A DNA stretch of 64,000 nt, taken from an uncultured bacterium (GTDB lineage: Bacteria > Verrucomicrobiota > Verrucomicrobiia > Limisphaerales > UBA8199). Below are positions 1-9,890 of the stretch, piece by piece (the stretch's first letter is position 1; each line of letters begins with the position of its first letter). Made by a program: the position numbers and the translations under genes. The notes beneath the pieces are model-generated. The model saw only the letters and a list, made by a program, of their open reading frames with translations, was not told the origin of the DNA and did not search any database. The DNA is taken from the NCBI GenBank assembly GCA_963749495.1, contig CAVVMW010000030.1, positions 160,001 to 224,000 on the forward strand, read 5' to 3'.

Positions 1-5
1 CCTGA

Positions 6-179
6 TCAAGGGACCGCTGGAGGGGTAGTCCGGCCATGAGCGGCGAGCACATCCTGCGATACACGGATCTCCCTTTTGAGCATGTCACGCTTGAGCGCCC
101 GCAAAAGGCTGTTCGTGGCGTGGTCCAACAGTTCCGCCTCGGATTTCGGCCGGCGCTTAGTTGTCACTTTCACAGCCAT
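6..179 (-). CDS. Small hypothetical protein
   Basis: Basic ORF MAVKVTTKRRPKSEAELLDHATNSLLRALKRDML, co-oriented just downstream of hpnJ; C-terminus uncertain. Confidence 0.35.
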   Translation of the reverse strand: MAVKVTTKRRPKSEAELLDHATNSLLRALKRDMLKREIRVSQDVLAAHGRTTPPAVP

Positions 180-217
180 AACCTGCCGCAATCGCGGGTG
201 GGATTCAATTCACAATT

Positions 218-1681
218 TCACGCCGCCGCCGCGGGTTTGGCTCGGGCGGCGGCCAGGTCTTCTTTGCGCTGGCGCAGGCTCTTGAAGAACTCGTAGCCCT
301 CGCGGCAGCGGCGCACGAGAACCTCTTTGTCCTCGAGCATCGTCTTGATGATGCGCAGGATGGGCCGGGCGCGCAGGTAATAGGCCCGGTAAAACCGCTC
401 CACCGCCTCGAAGATCTCCTCTTTGCTCAGCTCCGGATATTCGAGGGCGCTCTGCTGGAAACCGTCCTCCTCGACCAGGTCGGTTTTGTCTTTCTTGACG
501 AACCAGCCGTTCTGGCGGGCCATCTCGAAGAGTTCGGTGCCGGGATAGGGCGCCGCCAGGGACACCTGGAGGCTGAAGATATCGAGTTCCTTGGCAAAGC
601 GGATGGTGTTCTCGATGCTCTGTTTGGTCTCTACGGGCAGGCCCAGCACGAAGGTGCCGTGGATGACGACGCCGGCCTGGTGGCAGGCCCGGGTGAAGCG
701 GCGCATCTCGTCGAGCGTCACGCCCTTCTTGATGCGCGTGAGGATGTCTTCGTTGCCGCTCTCGTAGCCGACCAGGAACAGGCGCAAGCCGGAGTCTTTG
801 AACGATTTGATGGTGTCGTAGTCCAGGTTGGCGCGGCTGTTGCAACTCCAGGTCAGGCCCAGGCCCGCCAGCTTCCGCGCTATCTCCCGCGCGCGCGGCA
901 GGTTGGCCGTGAAGGTGTCGTCGTCGAAAAAGAACTCTCGCACCTGGGGGAACAACTGCTTGAGGTAAGCCATTTCCTCGGCCACGTTCCGGGCCGAGCG
1001 GACGCGGTATTTGTGCCCGCCGATGGTTTGGGGCCACAGACAGAAGGTGCATTGGGCCGGGCAACCGCGGCCGGTGTAGAGGCTCAGGTAGGGGTGGAGC
1101 AGGTAGCCGATGAAATACCGCTCGATTTGCAGATCGCGTTTATAGACGTCCGCCACCCAGGGCAGGGCATCCATGTCCTGGATGAGTTCGCGCTCCGGGT
1201 TGTGGCGGATGCGGCCCTGGCCGTCGCGATAGCTCAGGCCCGCAATCCGCTCCAGCGGGCGGCCTTCGGCCACTTCCTTGCAGGTGAAATCGAATTCCTT
1301 GCGCCCAACCCAATCGATGGCCGTCGAGGCCTTGAGCGTCTCGGCGGGCAGCACCGCCGCGTGCGCCCCCACGAACCCGATCCGCGTCTCGGGCCGGTTC
1401 TCCTTGATGGCCTCGGCCACCTTGCAGTCGTTCTTGAGCGACGGCGTCGAGGTGTGGATGATGACGTGCTCGTAGCCCCTGGCCTCCTCCAGACACTGCC
1501 GGATGCCGATGTCGTGCGGCGGGCAGTCCAGCAGCCTGCTCTCCGGCACCAGCGCCGCCGGTTGGGCCAGCCACGTGGGATACCAGAAACTGGTCACCTC
1601 CCGCCGCGCCTGGTAGCGCGAGCCGGCCCCGCCATCGAAACCGTCGAACGAAGGAGGACTTAGAAAAAGGGTCTTGCTCAT
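218..1681 (-). CDS. hpnJ: Hopanoid biosynthesis radical SAM protein HpnJ
   Basis: N-terminus PPSFDGFDGGAGSRYQARRE..FWYPTWLAQPAA; radical SAM motif CPAQCTFC; hpnH nearby. Confidence 0.93.
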   Translation of the reverse strand: MSKTLFLSPPSFDGFDGGAGSRYQARREVTSFWYPTWLAQPAALVPESRLLDCPPHDIGIRQCLEEARGYEHVIIHTSTPSLKNDCKVAEAIKENRPETRIGFVGAHAAVLPAETLKASTAIDWVGRKEFDFTCKEVAEGRPLERIAGLSYRDGQGRIRHNPERELIQDMDALPWVADVYKRDLQIERYFIGYLLHPYLSLYTGRGCPAQCTFCLWPQTIGGHKYRVRSARNVAEEMAYLKQLFPQVREFFFDDDTFTANLPRAREIARKLAGLGLTWSCNSRANLDYDTIKSFKDSGLRLFLVGYESGNEDILTRIKKGVTLDEMRRFTRACHQAGVVIHGTFVLGLPVETKQSIENTIRFAKELDIFSLQVSLAAPYPGTELFEMARQNGWFVKKDKTDLVEEDGFQQSALEYPELSKEEIFEAVERFYRAYYLRARPILRIIKTMLEDKEVLVRRCREGYEFFKSLRQRKEDLAAARAKPAAAA

Positions 1682-1697
1682 ATTGGCTCGATCTTAC

Positions 1698-2183
1698 TCA
1701 CGATTTCCCGCTGGTCTCAGCCGGCTCGGCTGCCAGCAACGCCTTCAAGTGCAGCAGGCGCGGGCTTTGCCGTTCCAGCAATTCCTTGAGCAGGCGCTCG
1801 AGGTTCGGCAGCCGGTGGTTGATGTCCGCGTGGAGTTCCCGCGGGTGCTCGCTCAAGCTGAAGTCGTCCATTTTCAAATTGGCGGCCTTTGCTGTTTTGA
1901 TCACCCAATCTTCCAGCCTCGGGCAGACCACCACCAGGCGATTATTGCGGATCTTGTTAGTTTTCAATCTCAAATCGTGCAGGGTGGACTCCTCGATGAA
2001 CTCGCTCAAGGTTCTCGGTTCTGCACTGCCGAAATCTTCATCCACTAGCCCCATCGCGCCTGAGTTCCTGCCCAGGGACTTGGAGACGTTGCCTTTGCCA
2101 GGACTATGAACGATACCACGCCGCGGCACGCCTGCAACCCGCGCCAGAACCTCGTCCGGCTTGCACTCCAGGAACAACCTCAT
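1698..2183 (-). CDS. Hypothetical TOPRIM-like protein coupled to upstream ATPase
   Basis: LFLECKPD and GLVDED (E...DxD pattern); ATGA overlap with the ATPase stop codon. Confidence 0.55.
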   Translation of the reverse strand: MRLFLECKPDEVLARVAGVPRRGIVHSPGKGNVSKSLGRNSGAMGLVDEDFGSAEPRTLSEFIEESTLHDLRLKTNKIRNNRLVVVCPRLEDWVIKTAKAANLKMDDFSLSEHPRELHADINHRLPNLERLLKELLERQSPRLLHLKALLAAEPAETSGKS

Positions 2184-3168
2184 TCCGCAACCAGCCTGTC
2201 AAGGTTAAAGAAGGCGGCGGAATCGAGTTCCAGCAACTCCGGCAGGTTCTTGTCCGGCACTCGCTTGAGCCGGGTCTCGAACTGCTCCATCGTCGTAACG
2301 AACACGTTCAGGTCCTTCATGGGCGTCTTCTCGACGATCGAGGAGAGCAGGTATGGGTTGTGTGTCGTAACGAAGTACTGATTGCTCTCATCCAGGGCCA
2401 TCCGCTCCGCGAAGTACTTCGTATAGAACGGAAAAGTGTTCGACTCGGCTCGTCCAGCAGCAGCGTCGCGTCGCTGTTGGTTTCCAGAACCGCCATCAGG
2501 AAAACGGCCCGCTGCAATGTTTCGGAGACACTGGTCCAGGGATAGCTGTAGAGCACTTCCTTCACATCCTTGGCAATGAACAATTCGTTTTCCCCCGGTC
2601 TGAGCTGCAGCCGGAACCCCTTTTCTCGGAACACCTCGCCGACTCTCTGCCTGAGGACCTCGTTGGTGTAAAGCACGGCGACGAGATTGTCTCCGAACGG
2701 CGGGTTTAACAACCCAGGCTGGCGGTTCGGGAATACCGTCAGCGGCTTGAAGAGATAGTATCGGATGGAACTCGGTGGGCCCGTCTTCGACAGGGCCGTC
2801 ACTGTACCGGAGTGATCCATATTGAATCCGCCCTCGGCATACTTGAACCCGCCCTCCGCATACCCGGGTCCGCCGCTCTCGCTCGCGCGGTACTCTGCGC
2901 CGTCAAACCGCACCACGATGCGCCGATCACCGGCTTCAACCCTAAGTTCGCTTGTTATCGTCTGGTCGAAGAACAGGTCCGCTGTCGTCCTGAAGCGCAG
3001 GACCTCTCTCAGTGAGGGCAAGAATGTCCCGGCGGCGTGGAGCGCCAGCGCCTGAAGGATGTTCGACTTCCCCGTGTTAGGCTCGCCGATGAAAACGTTG
3101 ACGCGCTTGGGCGAGATTTCCAGCTCGCGGATCGATTTGAAGTTCTTGATATTGATCCTGCTCAGCAT
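2180..3168 (-). CDS. ABC/AAA_15-AAA_21-type ATPase, frameshifted at ~2446
   Basis: IKNFKSI, Walker A GEPNTGKS, Walker B LLLDEP; restoring one G gives EPESNTFPFYTKYFAERMALDESNQYFVTTHNPYLL (H-loop). Confidence 0.85.
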
Positions 3169-3267
3169 AGGTCCAGGGCTAGCTGCAAACCGAGTAAGGC
3201 AATTCCGCCCTCGGATCAATCCTTTTTCGCATCACGGACCGTGGCGGGGAGCCCGCGGACCCCGCGG

Positions 3268-3476
3268 GTGTCGCGTAGCGACGCCCTGAAGGTAGCCGTG
3301 GACTTCCAGTCCACGGTCCAGGGCGGTTGAAAAGGCCGTGCGTCGCGTAGCAACGCCTGAAGGTTCGGGCTTGGCGGGCCGGGCGGTTCAGGCGTCGCTA
3401 CGCGACGCTGGAGATGCTGGACCCTTGGTCCGTGGACTGGAAGTCCACGGCTACCATCATGCACCGCTACGCGGTG
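3268..3476. repeat. REP/REPIN-like multi-palindrome, family A (copy 1)
   Basis: GTAGCCGTGGACTTCCAGTCCACGG...CCGTGGACTGGAAGTCCACGGCTAC with inner CGTCGCGTAGC/GCTACGCGACG arms; second copy at 47304-47513. Confidence 0.8.
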
Positions 3477-3493
3477 GGGAAGGCGACACCCAT

Positions 3494-4873
3494 TCACTTC
3501 GGCCTCCCGGGCAATTTCTTCGCCCGCGATTGTTCTTCAACCGGGGTTTGGCTCCCGGCCACTGGGCCGCCCTGGTGCTGGAAGGCGGACCTGGCCCCGG
3601 CCGGCCCGGAGTTAATGGCCGCCTTGGCCTCGGCGAGGTGGCCCTTGCCGATTGAATAACCGTTGAAGGCCCTGACCTGGCGGCCGGCGTGATAGGGCGC
3701 GGGCTTCCGCCCGAAGTTATACCTGATCATCTTCCAGTTGTCGCCGGGCTGGTAGTTGGAGCCCAGGGCGCCGCTGGGGTCGTAGCCGCAGTGGACCATG
3801 CAGTTTTCGCAACGGGGGTCGCGCGCCACGCCCTGGACCACGCCATACCGGTTCCAGTCCACCTGGTCGAGCATCTCCTGGTAACGCGCGTAGTGGCCGT
3901 CTGTCATCAGGTAGCAGGGGGCCTTCCAGCCGCGCACGTTGCGGGTGGGGATGGCCCAGGCGGTGCAAGTCAGCTCGCGTTTGCCGGCCAGGAACTCCTG
4001 ATAAACCGTCGTGCCGAAGATGGTGAAGCGCCTGGCCCATTCCTCGATCCGGGCGAATTTCTGCCGCGTCATCGCGCGGGTGAGGAAAAAGTCCTCGGGC
4101 CTCTTGCCCAGGCGCCGGGTCATGTCCTTCTTGGCCGCGTCGTAGTCGTAACCGGGTGAAATCGTGTGGCCGTCCACCTCGAGCGAGGAGAAGAACTCGA
4201 ACATCTGCTCCAGCTCCCGGACATCGGTCTCCTTGTACACCGTCGTGTTCGTCGCGACCTGGAAGCCGAGGATTTTCGCCATCCGAATGGCCTCGACGCA
4301 TTCCTTGAAGACCCCCTCGCGCTCGACGATGAGGTCGTGCGTGTATTCGAGGCCGTCCACGTGGACGTTCCAATACAGCCATTGGGTCGGGGCAATCACG
4401 GGCCGGCCGTCGCTCTTGCCCTTGCGGATCGCCTCGGTGTCCTTATCGGAGATGAGCTTTTCGGCCCCCAGCCGGGTGAGGGTCGGCTCAAGTCCGGGCG
4501 AATAGATCGCGGCCAGGTAGTCCTTGAGCTTCTTGCGCATGAACAGGGCATTGGTGCAGATATAGACGATGCGCCCCTGGGCGAGCAACCCGGCCGCCAA
4601 CTCCTCGATCTTGGGATAGATGAGCGGTTCGCCACCGCAAATCGAGACCATCGGCGCGTCGCATTCCCGGGCCGCCTCCAGGCAATCCTCCAGGCTCATC
4701 ATGTCCTTGAGGCTGGTCGAGTATTCGCGGATGCGGCCGCAGCCGGTGCAGGTCAGGTTGCAGGTGTGGAGCGGCTCCAACTGCAGCACCAGCGCAAAGC
4801 GCGGCGTGCGCAACAGCTTGTGTTTCACGATGTGACGGGCAATCTTGACCGTCAGCGCGAGTGGGAATCGCAT
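3494..4873 (-). CDS. hpnH: Adenosyl-hopene transferase HpnH (radical SAM, DUF3463-type C-terminus)
   Basis: LEPLHTCNLTCTGCG, CTAWAIPTRN..GWKAPCYL, DPRCENCMVHCGY. Confidence 0.9.
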   Translation of the reverse strand: MRFPLALTVKIARHIVKHKLLRTPRFALVLQLEPLHTCNLTCTGCGRIREYSTSLKDMMSLEDCLEAARECDAPMVSICGGEPLIYPKIEELAAGLLAQGRIVYICTNALFMRKKLKDYLAAIYSPGLEPTLTRLGAEKLISDKDTEAIRKGKSDGRPVIAPTQWLYWNVHVDGLEYTHDLIVEREGVFKECVEAIRMAKILGFQVATNTTVYKETDVRELEQMFEFFSSLEVDGHTISPGYDYDAAKKDMTRRLGKRPEDFFLTRAMTRQKFARIEEWARRFTIFGTTVYQEFLAGKRELTCTAWAIPTRNVRGWKAPCYLMTDGHYARYQEMLDQVDWNRYGVVQGVARDPRCENCMVHCGYDPSGALGSNYQPGDNWKMIRYNFGRKPAPYHAGRQVRAFNGYSIGKGHLAEAKAAINSGPAGARSAFQHQGGPVAGSQTPVEEQSRAKKLPGRPK

Positions 4874-4883
4874 AAGATGAAGC

Positions 4884-5102
4884 TTAAGAGCGTGCCAGCT
4901 CCTGGCCCGGCCCGTCCCCGGGCGGGGCCTGGCCTGGTGGCGGTGGCGGCGGCTCGGCCTTCAAGAGTCCTGGCACCAGGAACGAGGCCGGCGAAACGCT
5001 CTGCGAGGCGTTCAACCCGCCACACCCTGCAACCAACAGCACCAAAGCCGGGATGAGGGCGAAACGTGCGACTTTCGGATTTATGCTCACTGGAATTAAC
5101 AT
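4884..5102 (-). CDS. Small lipoprotein (72 aa)
   Basis: Hydrophobic stretch with lipobox LVAGC, then GGLNASQSVSPASFLVPGLL and a Pro-rich tail. Confidence 0.6.
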   Translation of the reverse strand: MLIPVSINPKVARFALIPALVLLVAGCGGLNASQSVSPASFLVPGLLKAEPPPPPPGQAPPGDGPGQELARS

Positions 5103-5134
5103 TATAGTTAAATCATGCGGCCCGCAACACTTAA

Positions 5135-5685
5135 GTGCGGAGTGCGGAGTGCAGAATGCGGAATGCGTCAAGCGGTAAACGGGGCCGATACCCACAATCG
5201 GGATCAAACGACTGCGGAGTTTGGAATGAGAACTGAAAGCCAAGTCACGCAACCTGCCGGGCAAAGGGCGCCCCCTGCGGAGTGCAGAGTGCGGCGTGCA
5301 GAATGCGGAATGCGTCAAGCGGTAAACGGGGCCGATACCCACAATCGGGATCAAACGACTGCGGAGTTTGGAATGAGAACTGAAAGCCAAGTCACGCGAC
5401 CTGCCGGGCAAAGGGCGCCCCCTGCGGAGTGCAGAGTGCGGAGTGCAGAATGCGGAATGCGTCAAGCGGTAAACGGGGCCGATACCCCAAATCGGGATCA
5501 AACGACTGCGGAGTTTGGAATGAGAACTGAAAGCCAAGTCACGCGACCTGCCGGGCAAAGGGCGCCCCCTGCGGAGTGCGGAGTGCAGAGTGCAGAATGC
5601 GGAATGCGTCAAGCGGTAAACGGGGCCGATACCCCAAATCGGGATCAAACGACTGTGGAGTGTGGAATGAGAACTAAAAGTCAAG
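5135..5685. repeat. 147-bp tandem repeat, about 3.7 copies
   Basis: GAATGCGTCAAGCGG recurs at 5161, 5308, 5455 and 5602. Confidence 0.95.
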
Positions 5686-5741
5686 CTATGCGCCCCGAGG
5701 ATTTCAACGCGGGATGCGCGGCCGAGACCGCCGGTGCAATC

Positions 5742-5835
5742 CACCCCGAAGGGATGAAAGAAGGTAGCCGGGGGTCGAAGCGCAGCGAGACCCCCGGTTC
5801 ATCGGCGACGCGGCTCCGCATCCCGGAGGGATGCC
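5742..5835. repeat. REP-like palindromic element
   Basis: CACCCCGAAGGGATG...CCGGGGGTC..GACCCCCGG...CATCCCGGAGGGATG. Confidence 0.55.
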
Positions 5836-5873
5836 AGAGGACAGGTCACACGCGATGCTGCGCCCAACTCCTC

Positions 5874-6683
5874 ATGCTCGCACTATCCTTGGGCCTCCTG
5901 CTCGTGCCCATTATAGCCCATGGTCGTCCCCAAGCAGACCCGGCGCCCGAATCGGGTCCGCATTCCGCATTCCGCACTCTGCATTCCGCACTTGCCGAGT
6001 CCACCGCTTACTTCCAGGCCCTCCTCCTGCAAGACCAGGCCCGCTATCGCCGGGAACCGGCCAATCCCCAGGCCGCCACCGAGTTTGGCTGCGCCTGTTT
6101 CCGGCTGGCCGAGTACGCTACCAACCAGGCCCAGCGAGCCCAACTGGCCGAGCAAGGCATCGCCGCCTGCCGGCAGGCGCTCGCCCTGGGCACCAACTCG
6201 GCCCCCGCCCACTACTACCTGGGAGTGAACCTGGGCCAACTGGCCCGAACCAAAGGGTTTGGGGCCTTGAAGCTCGTCAGCCAGATGCGGCAGGAGTTCA
6301 ACCTCGCCCGCAGCCTCGACGGGCGCGTCGATTTCGCCGGACCCGACCGCAACCTGGGCCAAATCTACCGCGACGCGCCCGCCCTCATCAGCATCGGCAA
6401 TCGCGCCCTGGCCGAGCAGCACCTCCGGCGCGCGGTGCTCCTGGCGCCGGAGTTCCCCGACAACTACCTGGAATTGATCGAAGGCTGCCTCAAATGGGGC
6501 GAGCGCGACCAGGCCCGCCGCCAACTGGCCGCGCTGGAGGCCGCCTGGCCCACCGCCCGCGCCAGGCTCGCCGGGTCCGCCTGGGCCGGCAGTTGGGCCG
6601 ACTGGACCGACCAGGTGCGAAGGTTCAAGAAGAAGGCCGGCGAACCCCAGCCCGCCCTCGAAGCGCCCAGACAAAGGAAGTAG
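5874..6683 (+). CDS. Secreted TPR-like helical repeat protein; start uncertain (frame open from 5115)
   Basis: Signal-like MLALSLGLLLVPIIAHG; AHYYLGVNLGQLA, AGPDRNLGQIY, AEQHLRRAVLLAPEFP. Confidence 0.7.
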   Translation: MLALSLGLLLVPIIAHGRPQADPAPESGPHSAFRTLHSALAESTAYFQALLLQDQARYRREPANPQAATEFGCACFRLAEYATNQAQRAQLAEQGIAACRQALALGTNSAPAHYYLGVNLGQLARTKGFGALKLVSQMRQEFNLARSLDGRVDFAGPDRNLGQIYRDAPALISIGNRALAEQHLRRAVLLAPEFPDNYLELIEGCLKWGERDQARRQLAALEAAWPTARARLAGSAWAGSWADWTDQVRRFKKKAGEPQPALEAPRQRK

Positions 6684-6692
6684 AGCCGGCCC

Positions 6693-7133
6693 ATGTGCGA
6701 CCTGTTAGTCATCGGCTACGGCAACACACTCCGCCGCGACGACGGCGTCGGCCCCCGTGTGGCCGAGGCCGTCGCGGCGCTGGCCTGGCCGGGCGTTCAG
6801 GCCCTGGCCTGCGCGCTCCTGGTTCCCGAGTTGGCCGAGCCGGTGGCGCGCGCGCGGGTGGTCATCTTCGTCGATGCGGCGCTGGACGCGCTGCGCCAGG
6901 TCCAACTGCGCCCGCTGGCCCCCGCTGAGTCTCGCCGCATCCTCGCCCACGCAGCGGACCCGCGCACCGTGCTCGCCCTGGCGCGCGACCTCTTCGGCGG
7001 TGCGCCGCAGGCCTGGTGGCTCACGATCCCCGTCGAGGACCTGGCCATCGGCGACCAGTTCTCCCCCCTGGCCCGGCAGGGCTTCGAAATCGCCATCCAG
7101 CGGATCAAGGAGTGCGCCGGGGCGGGGCGTTAG
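6693..7133 (+). CDS. Hydrogenase maturation protease
   Basis: LVIGYGNTLRRDDGVG and VIFVDA motifs. Confidence 0.88.
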   Translation: MCDLLVIGYGNTLRRDDGVGPRVAEAVAALAWPGVQALACALLVPELAEPVARARVVIFVDAALDALRQVQLRPLAPAESRRILAHAADPRTVLALARDLFGGAPQAWWLTIPVEDLAIGDQFSPLARQGFEIAIQRIKECAGAGR

Positions 7134-7157
7134 AGGGGCTGGCAAAAGTAACCTGGG

Positions 7158-7258
7158 AGCTCCGATCCCAGACCTTTGTCGCAACCTTTGTCGGGGCATG
7201 GCCAACCCGACAAAGGTTGCGACAGAGGTTGCGACAAAGGTCCGGAATCGCGGCGCTC
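7158..7258. repeat. Inverted 12-bp tandem core (CCTTTGTCG.../...CGACAAAGG), no TIR
   Basis: Same core occurs at 9891, 16010, 28742 and 51850. Confidence 0.8.
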
Positions 7259-7307
7259 GTGGAAACATGCGCTATGCCCACCGCCTCGTTGCACCAAACA
7301 GTCAGGC

Positions 7308-8267
7308 TTACTGCGGTTTACCACTTCCGGAGAGCGCTTGCGCCGCAGGGGCCTCGGGGCCTGGTCCGGCGGCGGCGGCCCGTCCGGCGCGGTATTGGGT
7401 GGGGGACATGCCAACGCGTTTGCGGAACACGGTGTTGAAGTGGGGAACAGACCCGAAGCCGGCCGCGAAGGCCACCTCGCTGACCCGCGCCGAATGGTCC
7501 GCCAGCAGGCGCTTGGCCTCCTCGACCCGCACGCGTGAGATGTAGTCCATGAGCGTTATCCCCGTGGCAGCGCGGAAGACGCGGCAGAAATGGTAAGGGC
7601 TCAGGTGGACGGCGGCGGCCACCTGCCGCAGGGCCATCGGCTCGGCCACGTGCGATTGGATGAACTGCCTGGCGCGGGTAACCGACTGTGGCTCCTCGGG
7701 CCGAATCTCGGCCCACAATCGCTCGGCACACTCGCCAAGGTGGCGGGCAAAAAGAACCAGCAACTCCCGCATCGCCCCCAATTGCTCGGCCGAGACCACC
7801 CGGCCTTCGAAAAAGGCCCGCTCGATCTGCGCCAGCGCGCCGTTGAAGCCCCAGAGTGTGAGTTGCCTGGCGAGCTGCTCGAAATCGGCCCGCGTGGGCT
7901 GCTCCGAAAACACCCGGCCCGCCAGCCAGGTCGCCACATGCTGGCCCGCTGCCAGGACCGGGACCGCCACCACAGACAGCCCGGCAAAACAACGCACCGT
8001 TTGGGCAGCGCCCGTCCGGCCCGCCAGGCACTGCGCCCCCGCCTCCTCCCGGAAACAGACCGCCGCCGCGCTCGCGTGGGCCGCCATCAGGCGGCAGAAC
8101 CCCCTCTCGCAGGTCCCAAGCGGCAGATCCAGCCCCGCGCCGGCCAACGGCAACAACTGCAGCGTCAGGCCTGTCAGCTTCCGGAACGCCTCCTCGTATT
8201 CCTGCACCAAGGGCAATCCCGCCAGCCTCTGAAAGTCCACTTCTCGCGCGCTGTGCATAAGGACCAT
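7308..8267 (-). CDS. AraC-family regulator with PocR sensor domain
   Basis: Cys pattern FC...C...RCFAGL; C-terminal HTH VHLSPYHFCRVF...SEVAFAAGFGSVPHFNTVFRKRVGMSPTQYR. Confidence 0.9.
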   Translation of the reverse strand: MVLMHSAREVDFQRLAGLPLVQEYEEAFRKLTGLTLQLLPLAGAGLDLPLGTCERGFCRLMAAHASAAAVCFREEAGAQCLAGRTGAAQTVRCFAGLSVVAVPVLAAGQHVATWLAGRVFSEQPTRADFEQLARQLTLWGFNGALAQIERAFFEGRVVSAEQLGAMRELLVLFARHLGECAERLWAEIRPEEPQSVTRARQFIQSHVAEPMALRQVAAAVHLSPYHFCRVFRAATGITLMDYISRVRVEEAKRLLADHSARVSEVAFAAGFGSVPHFNTVFRKRVGMSPTQYRAGRAAAAGPGPEAPAAQALSGSGKPQ

Positions 8268-8315
8268 ACCAGCTTATCATAAGCACGGAGCAGAAGCAAT
8301 CTGAGGCAAGTGCGG

Positions 8316-8585
8316 GGGTGCGATTAAAACTGCCGGTCAACCCAGGGGGCCTTTTTGCCCCGAAGGGGCTTCCGACAATAGCCCGGCGTTTCAACGCCGG
8401 GTGAGCGGACCCAAGGAGCAGGCCCGTCCCGAAGGGACGGCTGAAGGCAAGGAGTGTTCTCAGTCGTCCCTTCGGGACGAGGGTCCCTTTTGCGGCCTGC
8501 CCGGCGTTGAAACGCCGGGCTATTGTCAGATGTCCCTCCGGGACAAAACTCTCGGGGGGGATGCCCGACGCTTTTAATCGCACCC
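8316..8585. mobile_element. 270-bp MITE (type 1) enclosing a family B REP doublet
   Basis: TIR GGGTGCGATTAAAA/TTTTAATCGCACCC; flanks CAAGTGCGG/CAAGTGTGG (9 bp, 1 mismatch); second 270-bp copy at 46707. Confidence 0.88.
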
Positions 8586-8601
8586 CAAGTGTGGTCTGGG
8601 C

Positions 8602-9343
8602 TCAGGGACGATAGCCGCTCATCAAGCCCAGCATCTCCTTGACTGCCGCCGCCAGGCCGATGGTCAGCGCCCGGCTGACGATGCTGTGGCCGATGTTGAG
8701 CTCCACCAGGTGCGGCACCCGATACAGGAGACGAAAGTTCTGATAATTGAGTCCGTGGCCGGCATTGACTTTCAGGCCCAGGGCGTGCGCCTGCCGCGCC
8801 CCCTCAATCAGCCGCTTGAGTTCCGCCTCCCGCCCGGTCTCCTCGCCAAGGGCCTCGGCAAACGCGCCGGTGTGCAACTCGATGAACTGGCTGCCCGTGC
8901 GCGCCGCTGCCTCGATTTGCGCCGGGTCGGGCGCGATGAACAGGCTCACCTCGATGCCCGCGTCATTGAGCCGCTGGCGCGTCTGGCGCAGGGCCGGCAG
9001 GTTGGCCGCCACGTCCAGGCCCCCTTCGGTGGTGACCTCCAACCGCCGCTCCGGCACCAGGCAGGTGATGTCCGGCTGGAGCTTGAGCGCTATGCCCACG
9101 ATCTCAGGCGCGTTGGCCATCTCCAGGTTGAGCCGGGTCCGGATGACCTCGCGCAGTTTCCAGAACGTCGCGGTCCTGGATGTGCCGCCGGTCCTCCCGC
9201 AGGTGCGCCGTAATCCCGTGCGCCCCGGCCTCCTCGCACACCAGCGCCGCGGCCACCGGGTCGGGTTCGCCCCGGCCCCGCCCACGGTAACGCGCCTCCC
9301 GCAACGTCGCGACATGATCGATATTGACACCCAGCTTCAACAT
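8602..9343 (-). CDS. pdxJ: Pyridoxine 5'-phosphate synthase, frameshifted at ~9163
   Basis: [24 protein letters not shown], then in the next frame [36 protein letters not shown]. Confidence 0.95.
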
Positions 9344-9361
9344 ACGGTCAAATTATGATTC

Positions 9362-9865
9362 ATGTGGTTTGTTATCAAGTACTGGTTGCCGGTCCTGGTG
9401 TGGATGGGGCTCATCTTCACCGGGTCGGCCGACTCGTCGTCAGGGCCTCATGTCTCGCGCCTGGTGGCGCCGGTCGTGCGCTGGTTTTTCCCTCATATTT
9501 CCGACCAGGCGCTGGACAGCGTGGTGGTCTGCGTCCGGAAATGCGGGCACCTCACCGAATACGCCGTGCTGGCGATGCTGCTCTGGCGCGCGCTGGGCAG
9601 GCGCCCTGGCATTGACGCCGCTCCCCGCCGCTGGCCGGCCGCTGGGCTGGCCCTGCTCCTGGCTGCGCTTTACGCCGCCAGCGATGAATTCCACCAGACC
9701 TTCGTCCCCACCCGCACCGGGTCGGCATTGGACGTCCTGCTGGATACCTTCGGGGCCATGCTGGGCCTGGCCGCTTGTCTCGCATTTGGCGCCCTGCTCG
9801 TGCCTCTCCGCGGGCGGCTCAGAAGCCGCCCTTACCGGCAGGGTGGAAGGCCTGCCCCACAGTAG
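9362..9865 (+). CDS. VanZ-family membrane protein
   Basis: RKCGHLTEYAVL; YAASDEFHQTFVPTRTG..DVLLD. Confidence 0.88.
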   Translation: MWFVIKYWLPVLVWMGLIFTGSADSSSGPHVSRLVAPVVRWFFPHISDQALDSVVVCVRKCGHLTEYAVLAMLLWRALGRRPGIDAAPRRWPAAGLALLLAALYAASDEFHQTFVPTRTGSALDVLLDTFGAMLGLAACLAFGALLVPLRGRLRSRPYRQGGRPAPQ

Positions 9866-9890
9866 GTCGCCCAACGTGGAGCGCTAATTG

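Noticed and set aside
2823..2864. 21-bp duplication YAEGGFK/YAEGGFN in the ATPase
   Set aside because: Real but a small in-frame loop duplication with no evident significance
5135..5685. CRISPR array
   Set aside because: Whole 147-bp units are near-identical; no unique spacers and no cas genes in the window
6693..7133. Hydrogenase gene cluster
   Set aside because: Only the maturation protease is here; nikR is 44 kb away and no hydrogenase subunits are in the window
8602..9343. pdxJ and other split genes as true pseudogenes or programmed frameshifts
   Set aside because: Single-base shifts in recurring contexts with no other decay and no slippery heptamers; sequencing error is more likely
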